NCBI RefSeq assembly: GCF_036321535.1
Contig: NC_087437.1
Coordinates: 86,368,001 to 86,432,000, forward strand
Direction of reading: 5' to 3'
Length of the DNA: 64,000 nt
Source: Camelus dromedarius
Taxonomy: Eukaryota
Shown here piece by piece: positions 35,315-48,115 of the stretch (its first letter is position 1; every line of letters starts with the position of its first letter). The position numbers and the translations under genes are program-made. The notes beneath the pieces were generated by a model. It saw only the letters and a program-made list of their open reading frames with translations, ran no database searches and was not told the origin of the DNA.

Positions 35315-35989
35315 TAATTATAACCCTGGATTAGATACTATCCTAGGAAAACAATGGAGAAAATGCCCTACCCCTGCCATCAATGTATTCACAGTCTAGG
35401 GGATAGCAGACATATGGAGAAGTAATTCAAATATGAACCCAAGTTTCATAAGAGATGCAACAGAGAAATAAACATTTACAGGGGATTATGGGAGGAAAGA
35501 AATGGATTTAAATGGAAACTTAGAAAAGTGCTATTTGCATCAGGCTCAGTAAGATAGATAGGAATTTCTATTAGTTTCTCTGCTTCCAAGCCCTGTTTAC
35601 CACAATGTTTTCAGATGATCTCTCACAGAGAGATCTTATTTCACTATAATCTTCAAAACTTCCTTTGTTTCTCTACCAATTATTGAATGAAGTAATATGC
35701 ATTGTACATATGTTCACTCCTGACTTTCAAGGGCTTTCATCATTAAACCAGGGGATCTCAACTCAAATGCTTCTTAGATTCATTGGCTCTATCCCAGACA
35801 ACTAAATCAGAACATTCTCGTGGGTAGCCAGAGTAACAAGCCACAGATCCAGGCTCTGTGTACCTCTCTAACCTCATGCATCCCCCTCATCCTTTTGTCT
35901 CCCATGTGCATGTGAATGTGTACACACAGACATATGCACATACACATGTGCACATATATGCAAGCATGTGCACACAGAAGGACAGACAT

Positions 35990-36745
35990 AAAGAAAAAAA
36001 ATAGGGTGAAAAATAGGGACAGGAGAAAAGAATAGAGAGGAACAGGGTGTGTGTGTGTGTGTGTATGTGAGAACAAAGCCAGTAGGAGAGAATAAGACAA
36101 TGAAGAAAAGAGAAAATGGGAGAAGATATGAAGGATATGAAAACAGATTCAGTGAAATATTCGGCAAGATACAAAATGAAGAATAAAGGAGAAGGAAAGA
36201 CTACCAAAAGATACTGAGTGAAGAGGATAAAGCAGACATAGAGAAAAAATTTAAAAAGAAATAAAATATCTACTGTAGACAAATAAAAGTAGATAGTGAC
36301 AAATGGAGATCTACAGAGAGATTAAAGAGAGACAGAGATAATGAAGTAGAAATTTAAAAAAATAAGTTGAAGAAAAGTTTAGGAAAGAACAAAGGGAGAG
36401 AGAAAGAGAAGATAAGACCAGGTGAACATAGAAAGAGAGAAAAGAATTGGGTAGAACAAAGGAAGGTGAGCCAGGCATAGAGAAAGGAGAGATGGAAAGA
36501 AAGAACAAATGTAAATGGAAACAAAAAGGGAAAGAATGCCAGGAGAAACAACAAGAAAGAGAGGCAGACATAGAAATCAATAAAAACGTGACTATGTCTG
36601 AAAAAACAAAGCAGGAAAATAGAATAATAAAAATTAAAAAGGAAAAAAGTGAAAGAAATGACATGGAAAGAGAGTGATAGAGATGAAGTCAGAGAGAAAA
36701 AGAGATAGAAAAACATAGAGAGAGGCAGGAAGAAGAAGAGGGTGC
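35990..36745 (+). repeat. Long degenerate GA-rich low-complexity tract containing (GT)n
   Basis: Strong purine skew; the ORFs here are F/L/S- or K/E/R-rich compositional artefacts. Confidence 0.8.
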
Positions 36746-37104
36746 TAAAGTAGATTATCCAAGGTGAGGATGGCAACCATGACTTGGTGTGGAGATGATG
36801 TCCCTGGAGGTGGAACTCTTGGCCAAGTAGCTACTAGAGAGTGTATACCCCCAAGTACCGGAAATCTGTCATCAAGGAATCTGCTGTAGGAGTAGATAGG
36901 GATCATGCTCTTCTAACATTTTGCCAGGAATGGGGCTGTCAGTGAACTCTGTTCCTCTAGCAGGTTCTATTGAAGATGGTCTAAGCAGTACACTTCCATG
37001 TCTGCCATGGTCACCTCTGACTGTTAGAAAGCTCTTCTTTATATTAAACAAAAATCAGACTCTCAATACTTAACACTAAATGCTCCTCTGTTACTGACAT
37101 AGAA

Positions 37105-37510
37105 GAATTAGGACACCACTGGTTGGCAATAGAAGACTCAGTTGGAACTAGCTTAAGCAAAAAGAGAATTTTTGGAAAGGTATTTGGTTAACTTATGGAA
37201 TTCAAGGGTTGAAAGTCATAGAGCTTGGGTTGCTGCAGTGAACTAAGGAAGTTTCCTCAATATTGTTTCTCATTGATATTTCTCTCTATTTTGCTCTAGT
37301 AATACATACTGGTGTCTTCAACTCTTCAGTTACATTATGGAACATGGCTGACAACTGCTCTGAATTGACGTTTTCATGTCACATACAGCTCTGACATGGC
37401 ACAGTAATAATCATTGTTATCTTTCAGTCCCAGTTTCAGAATTCCATGGGAAAGATCTGATTGGCTTAGCCTGGGTTAAGTGTTCAATACCAAGTCAATC
37501 AACAGTGATG
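37105..37510 (-). mobile_element. Old MaLR LTR (MLT1-like)
   Basis: ggttggcaatagaagactca..ctagcttaagcaaaaagagaat; tctgattggcttagcctggg. Confidence 0.55.
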
Positions 37511-37526
37511 TGAAGGCATATTAAAC

Positions 37527-37712
37527 CAGTGGTTCTCAAACTTGACTGCATAGTGAAATCACCTGTGGACCTTTAAAAGCACTGCCGATTCACCTCCTCT
37601 TCCACTCCCATGCCCCCAGCCCCTAGCCTCCAGCTCAAGATCCTCATTTAGCTGGTTTGGTGTATAGACTGGGCAATAGAGACTTTAAAAACCCTGAAGG
37701 TGATTCTAAGGA
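37527..37712. mobile_element. hAT-Charlie MER5A-like element
   Basis: cagtggttctcaaacttgactgc..aatcacctg..aggtgattctaa. Confidence 0.75.
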
Positions 37713-38199
37713 GCATCACAGAAATAAGATTCCCTCCTGAAGCAAGGTGGATGGGATGGGGATGAGAGTGCAGGCAGCCCCAAAGAAGAGGTCCTGGCAA
37801 CCCCTTGCAGATGCCCATTATGAAATAAAACTTCCTGCTGTTTTTCAGAAGCCTTCTTATTTAAGGCATCCAAAAAAGCTATATTTCTACAAAACATTTT
37901 TGAAGTATATCTTTGTTTTGCCATGTTTTCTGGTAAAAAGACTTTATTAAAAACAAATACCAAAAAATTCCCTCTTCTACCATAAGAAAATAACTTACTC
38001 TAGTATACAATATACCTTTTACACTATGTGAAAAATCATGGTTGTATGAAAAAAACTCACTTTAAGTATACTTTTCATATAGAAAATAAAAGGGTGAAAA
38101 TGTGTGTGCTTCTAAAACAAACCAAATTTTTGGCATAAAACATACTCTGGTAGGTAAGTCTTTTTCTAAATCATCTTCCATTGTTAAGAAAATACTGCT

Positions 38200-40560
38200 T
38201 TGGCAATGGATCTGCTAGTAAGATCCCTGGCCTTTCCAGATCCCACAAGGCCCTTCCAGTTCTATGTTCATGAGAGAGGAGGGATAGCCTTGGGGGATCT
38301 TCACCCAACAGGTGAATCCTACCCAACAGCCTATGGGATACCTCTCCACATGGTTAGATCCCACTGCTTGAGGCTGGCCTTCCTGCCTAAGAGTGTAGGG
38401 AGCCCTCTCCACTCTCCTGGAGGAAGCTTTTAAGCTAACTTTGGGGGCCCCTATACAAGCATACGCCAACCATCAAATTTCTGACCTTTTAAAAGGCAAG
38501 GGACATTTCTGGCTCTCAGATGCTCGGCTTTTTTTTTTTTTAATTAATGGTTTATTATTATTAGAAACTAATATAATAGGATTTAATATAACTTTTTAAA
38601 AACTTTTTTTATTGAGTTATAGTCATTTTACAATGTTGTGTCAAATTCCAGAGTAGAGCACAATTTTTCGGTTACATATGAACATACATATATTCATTGT
38701 CACATTTTTTTTTGCTGTGAGTTACCATAAGATCTTGAATATATTTCCCTGTGCTATACAGTATAATCCTGTTTATCTATTCTACATTTTGAAATCCCAG
38801 TCTGTCCCTTCCCACCCCCTACTCCCTTGGCAACCACAAGTTTGTATTCTATGTCTAGAAGTCTGTTTCTATTTTGTATTTATGTTCCGTTTTTTTAGAT
38901 TCCGCATATGAGCGATTTCATATGGTATTTTTCTTTCTCTTTCTGGCTTACTTCACTTAGAATGACATTCTCCAGGAACATCCATGTTGCTGCAAATGGC
39001 GTTATGTTGTCGGTTTTTATGGCTGAATAGTATTCCATCATATAAATATACCATAGCTTCTTTATCCAGTCATCTGTTGATGGACATTTATGCTGTTTCC
39101 ATGTCTTGGCTATTGTAAATAGTGCTGCTATGAACATTGGGGTGCAGGTGTCTTTTTGAAGTAGAGTTCCTTCTGGATAGGAGTGGGATTCCTGGGTCGT
39201 ATGGTAAGTCTATTCCTAGTCTTTTGAGGAATCTCCATACTGTTTTCCACAGTGGCTGCCCCAAACTACATTCCCACCAGCAGTGTAGGAGGGTTCCCTT
39301 TTCTCTACAGCCTCTCCAGCATTTGTCATTTGTGGACTTGTGAATGATGGCCATTCTGACTGGTGTGAGGTGATACCTCCTTGTAGTTTTTATTTGCATT
39401 TCTCTTATAATTAGTGATATTGAAAATTTTTTCATGTGCCTATTGATCATTTGTATGTCTTCCTTGGAGAATTGCTTGTTTAGGTCTTTTGCCCATTTTT
39501 GGATGGGGTTGTTTGTTTCTTTCTTGTTAAGTCATGTGAGATGCTCGGCTTCTTAAATAGCAGGCACTCTTACTGGAAAACCCAGATGTCACTGTCTCTG
39601 TTTGTGGGGCACTCAATCCTGCTACACTGTTACCATCACCAGACGAGTCTCTTCCCTTTCACCTATGTCATGAGACCCTATCCATTCTAGGAGCTAGAAC
39701 AGAACTCACCAAACAACCCCTGGAAAACCTTGATGAGATCTGGTTCACTGATGGGAGCCACATATTCTTGTGACCCTCTTAGCTATCTGCGACTGCTTTC
39801 CAAGCAACACTCTGGTGAGACTCTTCCATCGCCCTAGGGGACTATGGATCCCTGTTAGATAAACCTCTTTCTTAAATGTCCCCTGGTTCAAATCTTTTCT
39901 CTTTTAGGGCCCCCAGCAAACTGTTTTAATACTAATTTAAAAAGTCTCTGACATTAGGGTCCCTCTTTTGACTCCTCCTTTAGTTCACTGGACTAAAACT
40001 CCAACATCTGCTTTCTAAAACCTAAACCAACAGAAAGCATGGAAATCAATGTTGTTTGAGATCCTTGTTTGCCCCTTTCATCCTTTGGCTAGGATTAGCT
40101 CTGTATATTTGACCTCTGTCTTTTCAACCTTCTTATGAAAAGTGTTTCTTCTCGACTAGAGATAAATTTCAGATGATTATATAACAAGATAATCAACCAA
40201 TCAGCCAAGACCACTTCTATACAAGCCCCTTGATGAACACTGACCCTTTACTCACATCAGGCCCAAGGACAGCCAGCTAGTCTGGGACCCCAGTGAGCTC
40301 CCTCATTGCCCCAGATCAGCAGGAAGTAGCTAGAGTGGTCCTCGCTCTCTACGTCCCCAAGATTTGGGGTCTTATGACTAGAAGGGGGAATCTTAGATAG
40401 CTTAGAAAGAAATGAGGATTGGGCCAAGGGAGAGGAAGGGGAAAGGAAAAATCCAGAACACAAGAAACCTGAGCTCCCAATCAGCCAGAGTGCAGGGAAA
40501 CTGAGTTGTCAAACAATCAACCAACCAACTAACCAGCCAATCAATCACAAGGCCTGGGAG
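38200..40560 (+). mobile_element. Truncated class I (gammaretrovirus-like) ERV: pol connection/RNase H start, env C-terminus, PPT, partial LTR
   Basis: LAFPDPTRPFQFYVHERGGIALG; LNPATLLP; WFTDGS at 39741; env-like LFNLLMKSVSSRLE at about 40120; cagcaggaagtagctagag; PPT AGAAGGGGGAA at 40380-40390. Confidence 0.85.
38531..39538 (-). mobile_element. Young L1 (ORF2 C-terminus and 3' UTR) inserted in ERV pol
   Basis: ORF2 peptides [19 protein letters not shown] and [13 protein letters not shown]; 13-bp TSD AGATGCTCGGCTT at 38518 and 39539. Confidence 0.93.
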
Positions 40561-41078
40561 TAACTATCTCTTGCCTGGGGGTGGAGGCACACCCGGTGTC
40601 ATGTCTCTTCTACATGATTCATGCTGTGTCTATTATGGCTCTTAAAAATGTTCTAAAAACAACACTTGCTGGATTGAAATATCAAATTTTCTCTTGAATT
40701 TACCTTTATATGGGTTAGAAAGTCTTAGTAAAACTTAAGTGGTTCTTTTGCAAGTTATCACACTTTTTGATTTTGTTTTATTTGTTCATATCTGAAGTTT
40801 GTAATATAAACAAGTGCTCTCTGTAATACTACACAGACATATCTACATGGATTTCTAGATGAAATGGACTACGTTGCTGTCAAAGTTGACTTTTTAAAAA
40901 CTTATTGGGAACTCAACAATCAGATTGTGAAGATTTTGGTATGTAGATATGAACAAATATATCAAATCTGCCATTGACAAAGCTGCATTTAGGAAATTAC
41001 CTTATATTATCTCTACTATACACAAATTCTCTGAAATTGGGGAAAAATAAAAAATCTACCTTCTACAAATGTTTTTAT

Positions 41079-44000
41079 TGTAAACAAAATATGTGGTGGT
41101 GACATATTGTTGAAAGAGATAATCAAGAGAACATGACCCCCATTTGATCCAAGAGCTGGACCTGGGAAATCAGAGGCTCCTCACCCCCACCCCTGTGCTT
41201 AGAACATACACTCTCCACTGTTCCCACAGTGGAAGCCATTTTCAAGGATGCAGCCTTGAGAGACCAGTGTTTTCTTAAGACTATCTGGATTGGTATATGT
41301 GACTGAACCCAGGTGAGTTTTCTATATAAACTTTAAAATTCTGGTGGGCAAAGTACACAGATCTATTCATCTTCTGGCTGCCCAAGACAAGCCTTGTAAG
41401 TAAGTTACCTTGCTTATGAAACCTGCCACCTACCAAACAGGAGTGGCCTGTCTTCCTTCCCTGTATGGGGGTCCAGTTTCAGATTTCTCTTGGGCATCTC
41501 CCTTCTGGGGAGATTTCTAACACAAGTGGCAAGCTCGCCAGGAGACCCAAGCAATGGGCATTGGGAAAGAGATATTGTTGGGGGAAATCTCAGGTTGGCA
41601 TTGACCTACATGTGGGGAGGGGTGGCCTATATGTTAAATGCTTGCTGACTGATGCATGAATACAAGAATTTAATGTGCATGTTTGAGGAACTGCACAGAG
41701 TGAACTGCAGCAAAGAAGAGAAATGTATGGCTGCCAGTGGGCTGGCCCACACTATGGGCAAGTCGCTGGATGCAGTTGCCCATCTAGAGGATGAAACTTG
41801 AGTTAGAAAGTTGGAAGAAGAGCTGAGGTTAGAGAAGGACAGGCGAGTGTCCACTGTCCTGCTCCCCTGGAGCTGGCAGACAAGCTGGGAGAGCAGGATA
41901 AGAAGTTGGAGAATTTGACGTGCATTTTGCAAAGCTAGGAGGGTGCAAACTGCCATGGATTCAGGTCACAGACCTTGTGCCAAAGCCTGATTAAGACTTT
42001 AAGATTAGGACTTTCCTGGGAAAATGAGGAGAGTGAAGAGGAGAATGTTGTCTTGATTGATAGTGAAATGGAAGAAATATCCCGTGTCCGTCTGACCCCT
42101 AACACAAAGGAAAGCAAAATTTCAGCATCGATGACCGCAGCCAGTGGGGCAGTCCCCAGTTTAGGAAGCAGTCATAATGAGAAAATGTCTTCCCTCTGAG
42201 CTTATTGATATAGCTGCCAAGTTCCAGTAGACGGACAAGGAACGTACTTAGGCATGGTTAGTGCAGCTTTGGGATACAGGGGGTGTTGGCATTTCTCTGC
42301 CCTGGCAGAAGACAGAGAAAATGAGCAACACCACTCCACACTCCCCGCCCTTTGGCAGGAAGCACCTGCATGATGTTGGGGAGAGGGCATTCAAGGGAAT
42401 CACTCCCTTATAGATTGGAGTATTCTGTCCTGCAGGGGGGCTTGGCCCAGTGAGGGCTAACCCCTGGGCATGAAGGGCTTTGGAAGTCTAGAGAGGTAGT
42501 ACGACAAATTCTCAGGAGTTGGGACAAGTCTCAAGCCTGTCCAACCCCTAAGAACATGAAAGAAGTGCAAACTTTTGTAGGGATTTGGGGGTTTGGGAGG
42601 ACTTTTATTCTCCACCTGGCACAGTGCCTCCATCCTTTATACCACTGGTAAAGAAAGGGCACATGTTGGACTGGGGATCAGAGCAACAAGCTGCCTTGGA
42701 GAAGACAATAATATTAGTAAAGCAGATGAACTCTCTGGGCATCTCCCAAACAGGGCAATCATTTGAATTAGATATATCTGTAACTCCAGAAGGTATGGGT
42801 GAGACACTGTGGCAGAGACAACAGAAGAGGAGAGTGCTCCTAGGACTTTGGTCCCAGCTCTGGAAGGGGACAGAAACCTGATGTGTCCCCATAGAGCAAC
42901 AATTCCTAGCACTATACACAGCCCTCCTCCAGGTGAAGCCTCTTGGGAAAGGCTGAACTTAGAGTGGTTTGGTTGATGATCACTCATGAACCCTGGCCAT
43001 TAACCCCTTAGACTGACAGTTGGGATGTTCTAAAGAGATTAACCCTATGGTTCGGATAATGGAAAGCCAAGAGGTAGATTATCCATGAGTGAGACCTTGT
43101 GAAGTCAGGATGTGTAGAGGGATGTTTGGATTCACTTACAAGAGCCTGAGGCAGTCCTCACTGTTTTCCATGTCCTGTCCATGGTATGCACAACTAGGTC
43201 AAAGGCACTGACAACCCCTGGCAATCAGCAAGCTGATGCCCTAGCTTGGATACCAGTCCTAGCAATTGACTCTTCAGTAGCTACAGCTGATTGAATGCAA
43301 AGAAAGACTGGCCACTTCAGTGCTCAGGTGGGATGGCACATTGTCAAGGATGTGGGTTGCCCTTAAAATATAGTGTCTTGGTTAATGTAATAAGTCCGGT
43401 GTGATCTAAACAATGTCCAAGGCAACAGACAAAGGAGTCTAGGGTCATTCACCAGTGTTCCCAACCAGTGGAGGATTGGCAAATTAATTATACTGGCACC
43501 CTTCCTGTGAGTGAAGGTTCTAAGTGTGCCTTGGTTTCTGTGGACACCATGTTTGGTTTAACTCAACATTTATCCTGTTGCCATGCAAACCATGTTGCTA
43601 CTATTAGGGGATTAGAGAAGCTGACTACTGTGTACAGACACTCTCATCAAATAGATCGTGATTGAGGGTTACAGTTAAAAGGTCATAATGTGCAAGACTG
43701 ACAAAAGAACATAATATTGATGGAAGTTTCACCTCCCTTGTAACCCACGAGCAACAGGGGTAGTAGAAAGGAAAAATGGAATATTACAGCAGTAGATTAA
43801 ATTACAGGTAAAACCATCTTGGGCGGTGGACTAATGTACTGTCCCCGGCTTTGATGCATTTGAATGATCAACCAGTAGGGCCTGTTATCCCCTATGCCAG
43901 ATTGGAGCACCCTGCCCAGGTACCCAGTACTGTAACGGGGTGAAAGTCTCAAAAAACAGCTACTGCCCCAACTCTCACCACGGATCAACATGCTGTGATA

Positions 44001-46040
44001 TTGAAAACACCAAGCCCCATCATGCCTGGGAAAGGTTATTTACTGGAATTTGCAATGGGACATCCCACTGGGATTGGCTAAGTTACTTCCCACCCCCAGG
44101 TGAGGGGGAACTACTCAGTCTCTACTGGGAGCCCATTGTCCTGCTGCCAGGCTGGACCTGTTGAAATGCACTGTTCTTGGAACTGAATAGTCACCAAGGA
44201 AAGAGGGGAGAAGGTGGGAGTTCTTGTCTGGCATATCCTACCCCCAGTCCACCTCCTCATGCCCAACGGTGCTACCTCTCCCTGCCAACATATATGGTAT
44301 GCACAACCAGGTCAGATTCCTAAAGCTATGGACCTCCTCCTCCAGGTCAGGTGGACAAATTCTGTTTCCCAACAGGACCGTCATTTGGCTGATGTATTTG
44401 TTCCCTCCATTGGCCTGGATGACATTATAGCACACTTGGAACCCCTTACTAAATCCACATAGCAAGCCTTAAATGATAGCCAATAAAGTCTGTCTTTACT
44501 GAACACTGAAGTGTCTCTAATGACAAAAGCTGCCTTCTAAAATAGAATGGCCTTGGGCATTTTTGCTGCCTCGCAAGGAGACATCTGTGCCATCATCCAA
44601 ACAGAATGTTATGTGTTCATACCTGATGAGTCTGCTAATGTGTCATGTTTGTTAATCACATGAGGGCACAACTGAACACCATGAGTGATTCCCACCCCCA
44701 GCCTAGAGGACAGTAACTGGTTTAGGTCACAGAACTCTTGGTGGACAAAGTTATTACCAATGTTGGGAATTATTGTCTTAGCCTGCATTTTCTCTGGCAT
44801 GTGCTTGTATTGCTGCTGTTGTATCTGCCTGCAGTGCAGCCAGATAGCCACCAAATGAGTCACCTCCAAGCTAGTGAAATCCCTTGCTGACTCCCATCAG
44901 GGCACATTGAGGGAGCAGAGGGTGTGTGAGATTGTAAGAGCTGGTCAGGAAGGGCATAGTATTGGAGGAGGTCATCAAGAGGAAGTGAGCACCAGTTGAC
45001 CTGAGAACTGGACCTAGGCAAGTGGAGGTTCCTCACCTTTTCCCCTGTGCTTGGAATGTATGCTCTTCTCACCATTCCCAAAGGAGGAGTTATTTTCAAG
45101 GACATAGCCTTGAGAGAACGTGTTTTTGAGACTATCTGGATGGTATCCGTAACTGAACACAGTTAAGGCCTCTACATCAACTTTTTTTTAATTGAGTTAT
45201 AGTCAGTTTACAATGTTGAGTCAATTTCCAGCGTAGAGCACAATTTTTCAATTACACATGAACATGCATATACTCATTGTCGCATTCTATTTCACCATGA
45301 GCTACTGCAAGATATTGTATATATTCCCCTGTGCTATACAGTCTAATCTTGTTTATCTATTCTATATATACCTGTCGGTATCTACAAATTTCGAACTCCC
45401 GGTCTGTCCCTTCCCACCCGCCTCCCTCCGACAACCACAAGTTTGTATTCTATGTCTATGAGTCTGTTTCTGTTTTGTGTTTATGTTCTTTTTTTTTTTT
45501 TTTTTTTTTTTTAAGATTCCACATATGAGTGATCTCATATGGTATTTTTCTTTCTCTTTCTGGCTTATTTCACTTAGAATGACATTCTCCAGGGACATTC
45601 ATGTTGCTGCAAATGGCATTATGTTGTCGGTTTTTATGGCTGAATAGTATTCCATTGTATAAATATACCACATCTTCTTTATCCAGTCATCTGTTGATGG
45701 ACATTTAGGCTGTTTCCATGTCTTAGCTATTGTAAATAGTGCTGCTATGAACACTGGGGTGTACATGCCTTTTTGAAGTAGGGTTCCTTCTGGATATATG
45801 CCCAGGAGTGGGATTACTGGGTCATACATCAACTTTTAAGATTTGGCAGGTGGGTGCAGAGATCCACTCGTGTTGCAGCTGCCCAAGACAAGCCTCCTAT
45901 GTAAGTTCCCTCTCTTATTAAGCCTTTCACCTACCGATCTGAAGTGTTCTGCCTCTTTCTTTGTTCTCACCTTGTCCTTCGCAGATGGGGTTGGTTTCAG
46001 ATTACAGCTGGGCAGCTCCCTAGGAGGTCACGAACTAACA
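41079..46040 (+). mobile_element. Degenerate, internally deleted class III-like (ERV-L/S group) provirus with env remnant
   Basis: 5' LTR 41079-41522; PBS 41527-41544; gag-like coiled coil about 41790-41940; RT C-terminus about 42530-42930; RNase H GNQQADALA; integrase WQINYTGTLP; env TM 44460-44860; PPT about 44909-44930; 3' LTR 44933-46040; near-TSD TTTAT/TATAT. Confidence 0.85.
45186..45824 (-). mobile_element. Young L1 3' fragment inserted in the 3' LTR
   Basis: ORF2 tail [19 protein letters not shown]; 13-bp TSD TACATCAACTTTT at 45173 and 45825. Confidence 0.93.
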
Positions 46041-46464
46041 TATATGAACTTTATAGAAGTAGAATTCCATTCTAATAGTCTTTAATTTTTGTTTATCTTA
46101 CAGTTTTTGTAATTTCAGACTGATAGATTGATGAGCCTTGGCTCAATGACATATAGTGGACACCATAATGCCTCAGAACTCACCAGTTCTGTTGGGCTAG
46201 AAACCTATCATTGCAGATAATACTTAATTTTATTTGTTTGTTTAAAATTGCAAATATTATACATGCTTTTTTAAAAGAATTTAAAATGCACAAATTTATA
46301 AATAAGTATTTTTAAGTGGTAGTTTTTAAAAGTTGAAATTACAGGTGAAAATAAAAGTTAGTTTAAAAATTTGATAGATATTGCAAATTTCTCTAAATTT
46401 CTACACCAACTTATATTCCCTCAAATTTATATGAATATTCTCTGTCTCCATTTCCTCACTGATT

Positions 46465-46605
46465 CTGAATTAGGCCCCACTCTAATGACCTCATTATAAC
46501 TTGATTACTTCTGTAAAGACCCTATCTTCAAATAAGGTCACATACTGAGATAATAGGGATTAGGACTTCAACATTTTGGGAGAGCACAATTCAATTCATA
46601 ACAGA
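46465..46605 (-). mobile_element. MaLR LTR fragment (MLT1-like)
   Basis: ggccccactctaatgacctcatt..aaagaccctatcttcaaataaggtcacat..ttaggacttcaaca. Confidence 0.75.
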
Positions 46606-47357
46606 AGGTTTTCTGTGGCTGAGCCTTAGGTAAAAGTTTTGATTTGGAAAGAAAAAGTATACTGTAAATCAACAGACACTCAGGCTGTAGAGGCATGTTC
46701 ATAGGTTTTATGTAGTCACCATTCCCCAGGATTTGACATAAAATGTCTTTTGGCTTAAGAATATCTGATCTCAATAATCTAGACAAATAAATAAAACTAA
46801 TGTTAGTGTAGAAATATGTGTATGAGATGGGTGGAGATAAGTGGGGTGGGGTTTGAATATGCCCTGCTTAACTAGCTTTCATGTTAGGTCCATTATTATA
46901 AAAATCCTTTTCCTTATGTTTAGCAACTCTTTGTATTCCTGTCTTGCTTTATCCACACCCCTTCCTATCCTATACATACTATCCATAATAATTAAAACTA
47001 GCTACAGGACATAAGACACCTTTCCCAAGAAAAGGAAGACATTTCCTAGTGTTAGAGTCTAGAGGGCTACTAGCCCAGTGAGTGGAAACTGTGAACAGAC
47101 TGGAGACCCCGTCTGGGAGGGAACCACCTTAGCCCCCATGACTGCTTAAAGTAGAGGTGGCAGTGAAATGGCAAAGTGACTTGGGGGCTGAGGGGACCCC
47201 TGATTGGTGGCAGTTCAACAACCAGTTTGCAATATGCTTCAGTATTCAAAAATCGATTCTTGCCAGCCTGTCTGAGCTGGCTCCAGCACATCACCCTTAA
47301 CAGTTTCTCAAAATATGTTTCCAATTGTAGTCTTCCAAAACCAATTTGTTATTTATC

Positions 47358-47832
47358 ATATTCATTTCTGGAGGCTGCTGTAACCAGTTACCACAAACTT
47401 GGTGACTGGAAACAACGGAAATTTGTTCTCTCAGTTCTGTAGTCCAGAAGTTCCGAATCTGGCAGAGCTGTGCTTCTTCTGGGGGCTCTAGCAGAGATTC
47501 CATTCCTTACCTTTTCCAACTTCTGGTGGCTCTTAGAATTCCTTGGCTTTCTTGGCTTGTGACCAGATCACCCCAACTTGTCTCCATCTTTACATTGCTT
47601 TTTCCTTTGTGTGTGTCTTCTCTCCTGTTCATCTGTCTCTTTCAAGGATGCTTGCCTTTGGATTTAGGGCCCATCAGGGTAAACCAGGATAATCTCCTCA
47701 TCTCAAGATCTTTAATTTAATCTAATTACGTCTGCAGAGAACTTTTTTCCCAAGCAAAGTAACATCCATAGGTTTGGGGGATTAAGATGTGGCCATACCT
47801 TTTTTGCGGGGGGCACCATTCATCCCATTACA
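47358..47832 (-). mobile_element. MaLR solo LTR (MLT1C-like)
   Basis: ggctgctgtaaccagttaccacaaacttggtg..caggataatctcctcatctcaagatc..catcccattaca. Confidence 0.8.
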
Positions 47833-47914
47833 TTTACTGTATGTCTGAAATTTATATTAATTGGTGTTAAAATTTGAGAGAGTAAGGAGATTGAGAGGAA
47901 TATCATGTTATTAT

Positions 47915-48115
47915 TATGAGCATGAATTCTGGAGTTCGCTATTTGGTTTAAATGCCAGTTCTATCACTCACTAGCTGTGTGAACTTGGGCGAGTTACTTT
48001 CTCTCTCTCTCTCTGTTTCCTCACCATACAATGGGATGATAATAGTGCCTTGCTTATTGGGTTGGTGTGAAAACTAAGTTGCCCATAGTAAGGGATATAT
48101 AAGTGTTTGTTATTA
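47915..48115 (+). mobile_element. MIR
   Basis: cactcactagctgtgtgaacttgggcgagttactt..tctgtttcctcacc. Confidence 0.75.

Noticed and set aside
35807..36776. 97-140 aa F/L/S-rich or K/E-rich ORFs as membrane or coiled-coil proteins
   Set aside because: Artefacts of low-complexity purine/pyrimidine skew.
38895..39450. ORFs [13 protein letters not shown] and MINRHMKK (also 45599-45832 and 55543-55848) as genes
   Set aside because: These are C-terminal fragments of L1 ORF2 inside truncated, TSD-flanked insertions.
44214..44880. Co-opted syncytin-like env gene
   Set aside because: Multiple in-frame stops, including just before the immunosuppressive domain, and most of SU is missing.
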